Part shown: one piece after another, positions 57,447-61,646 of the stretch
Numbering within the stretch: position 1 is the stretch's first letter
Layout: each line of letters begins with the position of its first letter
DNA from: Bdellovibrionales bacterium
GTDB taxonomy: Bacteria; Bdellovibrionota; Bdellovibrionia; Bdellovibrionales; UBA1609
Assembly (NCBI GenBank): GCA_028283955.1
Contig: JANQSP010000022.1
Coordinates: 1 to 61,646 of the forward strand
Direction: 5' to 3'
DNA length: 61,646 nt
Translations under genes and position numbers: made by a program
Notes under the pieces: model-generated
What the model was told of the DNA's origin: nothing
What the model saw: only the letters and a program-made list of their open reading frames with translations
The model's database searches: none

Positions 57447-58991
57447 TTAATGAGAGGAAGGAAAAATTAAGTTATCGCGGCTGAGGTCAAGAAACTTTAC
57501 TTCCCCCATGGCCGCCAGCATTTCATAATGATGATAATCTAAGTTTAAAGCATAGTTTTTTACTCGCTCTGATTTTTCTTCAATGTCCAATCCATATTGT
57601 AATTTTTCAGAGTGAGTCGTGATTCCGACAGGGCAGGTATTGTTATTACATCTCAATGCCTGTATACAACCCAAAGCCAGCATAAACCCACGGGCTGTAT
57701 AAATGGCGGAAGCTCCCATGCAAAGAGCCATCATTTGTTTTCCGGCACTAATCAATTTTCCTGAAGTCACTAATTTAAACTTATCTCTTATTTTATGTTC
57801 TTCCATCAGAGAAGTTATTTTTTCCAGGGCGGGAAATAAAGGATAGCCCAGATCATCCATAAAGGTTTTAGGGGCCGCTCCTGTGCCTCCCTCTGATCCA
57901 TCTATAGCGACATAATCAGGGTATATATTTTGTTTTTTCATCTCCAGGAACATTTGCCCTAATTCTTTTGTGGAGCCCAGGCAAAATTTAATTCCTGTTG
58001 GCAGAAGAGACACTTCCTGGATTTTCCTGAGGAATTGCACGGTGGATTCGGCTGAATAACATTCTGTGTGCCCGGCCGGGGAAATAACATCTTTTCCCAT
58101 GGGAATGGCTCTTAATTCGGCAATTTCCTGTGTGATTTTTTCCTTGGGTAAAAGCCCTCCCTTTCCCGGTTTCGCTCCCTGGGAAAATTTAATTTCGATC
58201 ATTTTAACCTGTTCCAGCCTTGATATTTTTTCCAGGAGGTCAGGGTTAAAGGAACCATCCTCGTTTCTTACTCCGAATTTGGCTGTGCCCATCTGAAAAA
58301 TAAGATCCGCTCCATCCATAAGATGATATTTCGGGTAACCACCTTCTCCGGTGTTTAAAGGGATACCCGCTTTTTTTGCGCCGGCGGATAAAGCCCTGAT
58401 AGCTTTTCTTCCAAGAGCACCGTAACTCATTCCTCCAATCATAATGGCTTTGTTAATAGTATAGCTTTGTTTCAATTGACGTTCTTCACCAAAACATAGG
58501 TGAAAGGGGTGTAGTTTTTTGGGGTCAATAGGATAAAAAGAGTGTTTTAACTTTAAAGCTTTATTGTCGAACTCAAGTAGTGAGCCAAAGGCGGATGATT
58601 TTTCGGAGTTTTTTGCCTGCTTATAAACATCCGCTCGTTCCATTCTGTTAAAAGGTTTTTCTTCTGTGTCACTGGAATACAGATATTGCCGAAATTCCGG
58701 TCCAATGCTTTCCACAAGATATCGAAATAAGGCTAAAACGCCAAAATTCGCCAGGAGAGCATGTTGTTTTTGAATGTATAGGTAGTAGCCGTTTAAAATA
58801 TTTAATATTAATACAGAGCCGGCTAACCAGTACCATCCTGTATTCCACAAAAAACCGGCTAACCCGAAAAATACCATGAGTATTACCAGAAAACCGTTTA
58901 AAAAGCGGGAGATTTTTTCCAGATTAAGACTGATTTTTCTTTCATTGGAAAAGGCCATTGTAAGTTTATGATAGAAAAAAAATATCTTCAT
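57447..58991 (-). CDS. Membrane-anchored FMN-binding glutamate synthase-family protein
   Basis: GMSYGALG, NTGEGG, IEIKFSQGAKPGKGG, IDGSEGGTGAAP, GCIQALRCNNNTCPVG (3Fe-4S cysteines); N-terminal TM segments. Confidence 0.88.
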   Translation of the reverse strand: MKIFFFYHKLTMAFSNERKISLNLEKISRFLNGFLVILMVFFGLAGFLWNTGWYWLAGSVLILNILNGYYLYIQKQHALLANFGVLALFRYLVESIGPEFRQYLYSSDTEEKPFNRMERADVYKQAKNSEKSSAFGSLLEFDNKALKLKHSFYPIDPKKLHPFHLCFGEERQLKQSYTINKAIMIGGMSYGALGRKAIRALSAGAKKAGIPLNTGEGGYPKYHLMDGADLIFQMGTAKFGVRNEDGSFNPDLLEKISRLEQVKMIEIKFSQGAKPGKGGLLPKEKITQEIAELRAIPMGKDVISPAGHTECYSAESTVQFLRKIQEVSLLPTGIKFCLGSTKELGQMFLEMKKQNIYPDYVAIDGSEGGTGAAPKTFMDDLGYPLFPALEKITSLMEEHKIRDKFKLVTSGKLISAGKQMMALCMGASAIYTARGFMLALGCIQALRCNNNTCPVGITTHSEKLQYGLDIEEKSERVKNYALNLDYHHYEMLAAMGEVKFLDLSRDNLIFPSSH

Positions 58992-59212
58992 GTAAAACTA
59001 TAAAGGATATTGTGATGCTGTAGTTGTTTGTTTAGATGTTGTTTTCTTATAGGATTCAACTTTTTAGAGCTATTCTTAAGCAAAAAAGCTCTTAATTTGC
59101 TTTAAATAAAAAAATATTTGATCCTTTTATTTGGATATTCTAAAAAGATTTTTTATAAAGCGAAAAAGAATTACAGCCTGATTATGGTTGCTTTTAAAGA
59201 GTACCAATTCAG

Positions 59213-59962
59213 ATGTGGGAGGAACTTATGAGTACAGTACACACAGAAGTCTTGACTATGCATTTGGGTGAACATGTGTCTAAATCTTATTTGGCTTATC
59301 CCGCCGGCCAACAAAGTCCGCAGCCGGGTGTGTTGGTCATTCCTGAATTTTGGGGCTTGACAGAACACACTAAAAGTCGGGCTTACAGGCTGGCTGAACT
59401 AGGTTATTGTGCCTTGGCTTTGGACGTATATGGAGAAGGATGGGTAGGTAGCACAGCTGAGGAAGCAGCAGCCGCAATGAATAAATTATTTTCTAATATG
59501 CAGGTCACTTCTGAAAGAATGCTTTCGTATTTACAGGCTTTGAAGGATCTGAAACAGATAGATGAAACAAAAACAGCCTCTATTGGTTATTGTTTGGGGG
59601 GAGCTTTATCCTTGCATTTGGCTCGTATGGGCGCGGATGTGACAGGAGTGGCCAGCTTTCACGGAAGCCTGGATCCACGTACAACCGCTAAACAAGGTGG
59701 TGTTAAAGCGAAGATTTTGGTTTGCCATGGGGATGCGGATTCCATGATTCCGGAAGAAAAAGTTAATAACTTTAAAAAGGAAATGGAAGAGGCCGGAGCG
59801 GATTATAAGTTTATCAGTTATCCGGAGGCTCAGCATGGGTTTACCAATCCGCAGGCAACTGAAAACGGAAAGAAATTCGGTATTCCCACAGCCTATAACG
59901 AAAAGGCGGATAAAGGCTCCTGGGAAGAATTGTTGAAATTTTTTAGTCGTATTTTTAGTTAG
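59213..59962 (+). CDS. Dienelactone hydrolase-family protein
   Basis: IPEFWG, GYCLGG (Cys nucleophile), FHG, HGDAD, HGFT. Probable start is ATG 59228. Confidence 0.92.
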   Translation: MWEELMSTVHTEVLTMHLGEHVSKSYLAYPAGQQSPQPGVLVIPEFWGLTEHTKSRAYRLAELGYCALALDVYGEGWVGSTAEEAAAAMNKLFSNMQVTSERMLSYLQALKDLKQIDETKTASIGYCLGGALSLHLARMGADVTGVASFHGSLDPRTTAKQGGVKAKILVCHGDADSMIPEEKVNNFKKEMEEAGADYKFISYPEAQHGFTNPQATENGKKFGIPTAYNEKADKGSWEELLKFFSRIFS

Positions 59963-60005
59963 AACAGTTTTTTTATTTACTTCCATTCTTTTTCTTATTG
60001 CTTGT

Positions 60006-60133
60006 TCATTCTACGAAGACAAAGTTAGCTCGGCTTTGATCACAGAGCGGCTGATCCCCGCCTTCACGGGGTGACGGCTCTGTGGCAAAACGCATGTCTG
60101 AACTTTTGAGCTAATTTTGTCTTCGTAGAATGA
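60006..60133. mobile_element. 128-bp inverted-repeat element (candidate MITE, or a structured ncRNA)
   Basis: 26-bp terminal inverted repeats with 1 mismatch (TCATTCTACGAAGACAAAGTTAGCTC at 60006-60031; GAGCTAATTTTGTCTTCGTAGAATGA at 60108-60133). Inner stems CACAGAGC/GCTCTGTG and CCCCG/CGGGG. GC-richer than its flanks. Confidence 0.55.
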
Positions 60134-61476
60134 CGATAAGGGATAAAATGTTTAAAGATAAATTTATTATAAGGTTTTTCCTGTTTATTTGCTCCATTTT
60201 AATATTAACCTCATATTTTGTGTCTGCAAATCAGGGTGATAAATGTGAGGGATTTCTGCCTCCTCTGGTTCCTCCACCACCATTACCGGAAGGGATCAAA
60301 ATAGAACCTGATTTAGGACAAGAATTTACTTTTACTGCAAATCTAAAAGGGAAAAATATACCTGTAAGATATTCCAAATATCGAGCAACAATGATTCCCA
60401 GGAAAGGAACAATAATATTCTTGTGTGGAGGGCCGGGAGTTCCTTGTACGGGAGCCAGACCACAAAACATTCCCAAGGAATACGATGTGGTCACTTTGGA
60501 TTATCTGGGTATTGGCAGAAATGCCAGGCATAATAAACCAGCATATATGGCCATTGAATCTCAAGGAGATATTGTAGCTCAAGTAGCTAAACGCTTAAAA
60601 GAGCCAAACTTACTCATTTTCGCTCAATCATTTGGAACAACTGTTGCAACTGTTGCGGGCTCTTTAATTAATACGGCGGCAAACGATACTAAGGAAACTG
60701 TTCTAAAAGGTGTGGTTTTAGAAGGGGTTGTGGGACCGGATTCCGGGCAAAGTTATTCTGAAGGGTACTCATCTACAGCTAAACATGCCTGGTCCTATTT
60801 GTCTCCAAAACAAAAAAAACGCTTCAGAATACAATATGCCAAAGCTGTTAAAGGTTTATCTCCTGAAGAGAAATTTAACATTGATGCGACAATAGTGATG
60901 AATATGCAGTCAGGAACAAAAGCTACTGTGGAATTTTTAAAGCATATAAATTCTGAGCAACTTCGATATGCAGCTCAATCCGATTTTTATACAAATTTTA
61001 TAAATAGGCCAGGTGTCCGGGATATTTTTCAGGCAGCAGGGTGCCAATTACACTTTAAGGATTCTGAGACAGGGATGAAAATTTTTGGTGGCACTGTTGA
61101 TTTAATTACAATGGGATCTGGAGCTGATAAAATCTGTAAATGTAGAACTGTTGCAAATAACTTTAATCCGAATACTCATCAGATTAAGGCTCCCATTGTA
61201 TATATTAATGGTGGTCAAGACCCTGCCACACCACTTGCTGGAGCAAAAGAGCACATGGAAGGACAAAGTCACCCTAATAAAGTTCTCATATCTTCTCCAA
61301 ATGGAGGTCACATTGATTCATCTGGATTATTGAAAAATTGCATGCCTATTTTCTTTGAAGAGCTGAACAAAGGACGTTTCGAGAACTTAGTATCTTCAGC
61401 TACGTCGATGTCTAATGGGAGATGTGAAAGTCAGACTAACCTCCCTGGAAATGGACAGCAAAAAGCTGTGCAATAA
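60130..61476 (+). CDS. Secreted alpha/beta hydrolase (S33 / TAP-like peptidase)
   Basis: Signal peptide; GGPG, nucleophile AQSFG, GGQDPATP, GGH. Likely true start is ATG 60148 with AAGGGA RBS. Confidence 0.8.
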   Translation: MTIRDKMFKDKFIIRFFLFICSILILTSYFVSANQGDKCEGFLPPLVPPPPLPEGIKIEPDLGQEFTFTANLKGKNIPVRYSKYRATMIPRKGTIIFLCGGPGVPCTGARPQNIPKEYDVVTLDYLGIGRNARHNKPAYMAIESQGDIVAQVAKRLKEPNLLIFAQSFGTTVATVAGSLINTAANDTKETVLKGVVLEGVVGPDSGQSYSEGYSSTAKHAWSYLSPKQKKRFRIQYAKAVKGLSPEEKFNIDATIVMNMQSGTKATVEFLKHINSEQLRYAAQSDFYTNFINRPGVRDIFQAAGCQLHFKDSETGMKIFGGTVDLITMGSGADKICKCRTVANNFNPNTHQIKAPIVYINGGQDPATPLAGAKEHMEGQSHPNKVLISSPNGGHIDSSGLLKNCMPIFFEELNKGRFENLVSSATSMSNGRCESQTNLPGNGQQKAVQ

Positions 61477-61488
61477 GTATGGATAACT

Positions 61489-61504
61489 GTTCCGCCACAT
61501 CCGC
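61489..61504 (-). pseudogene. 5' remnant of a second tRNA gene (Leu-like)
   Basis: Minus strand reads GCGGATGTGGCGGAAC, an acceptor 5' strand plus the start of a D-arm, 17 nt downstream of tRNA-Leu. No anticodon arm or T-arm follows. Confidence 0.45.
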
Positions 61505-61521
61505 AAACAATTAAAATAGAA

Positions 61522-61608
61522 TGCCCGAGGTCAGACTTGAACTGACACGGTTTGTTACAAACCCCAGGATTTTAAGTCCTGTGCGTCTACCGGTTCCGCC
61601 ACTCGGGC
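61522..61608 (-). tRNA. tRNA-Leu (anticodon UAA)
   Basis: GCCCGAG/CTCGGGC acceptor stem, D-arm GTGGCGGAACCGGTAGACGC, CAGGA-CTTAAAA-TCCTG anticodon arm, long variable arm, GTCAG-TTCAAGT-CTGAC T-arm, discriminator A; CCA not encoded. Confidence 0.97.
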
Positions 61609-61646
61609 TTTAGAAATACACTGTTTTTTTAAAAAAAATATGTCAA

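Noticed and set aside
59606-59986. 126-aa minus-strand ORF
   Set aside because: Antisense to the dienelactone hydrolase, which has all catalytic motifs.
60006-60133. Firm call as SRP RNA or 6S RNA
   Set aside because: Lacks the SRP helix-8 GGAA/AGCAG motif, is shorter than typical 6S RNA, and has a one-sided bubble. Kept only as a hypothesis.
61400-61504. A full degenerate tRNA overlapping the hydrolase 3' end
   Set aside because: No anticodon stem, T-loop or matching acceptor 3' strand follows the 16-nt stub.
1-61646. Prophage, integrase, transposase, defence system or rRNA
   Set aside because: No ORF shows recombinase, DDE, phage structural or known defence motifs. RuvC and AddB are in their normal repair contexts.

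Overview
A gene-dense, AT-rich (roughly 35-40% GC by eye) chromosomal window that is mostly housekeeping. The gene content (homodimeric AceE, orphan TonB-C protein, GYF-TPR protein, Hanks kinase with a PEGA-like domain, AddAB, tamB-tamA order, degenerate GGDEF protein) suggests a Bdellovibrionota or other former-Deltaproteobacteria lineage, possibly host-associated; this is inference. Main blocks: trmB (partial)-aceE-TonB; PP2C-M23 followed by a Chlamydia/Wolbachia-type folate cassette (CADD pABA synthase, folB, fused folKP, CofE-like glutamate ligase); pdxJ; complete pstSCAB-phoU-phoB-phoR; DHH phosphoesterase; greA-kinase-degenerate GGDEF-alr-purH-TPR; coaE-addB-addA; Ser/Thr kinase plus lipoprotein; ddl-ftsQ-ftsA-ftsZ-nadK; TPR-efp-TPR-tamB-tamA-gpmA-unknown-corA; ruvCAB-ald-ankyrin; FMN glutamate-synthase-like protein and cupin; dienelactone hydrolase; a 128-bp inverted-repeat element; a secreted alpha/beta hydrolase; a tRNA 5' remnant and tRNA-Leu(UAA). 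No integrase, transposase, CRISPR array or rRNA was seen. Best leads: the chlamydial-type folate cassette, the structured 128-bp element and tRNA-scar islet, the degenerate kinase/c-di-GMP-receptor pair, a nuclease-less AddA, a PncC-fold protein of unknown function, and an apparent excess of CCGG. All family calls come from motifs recognised by eye; no database search was run. Many start codons follow the ORF track and may be upstream of the true start.
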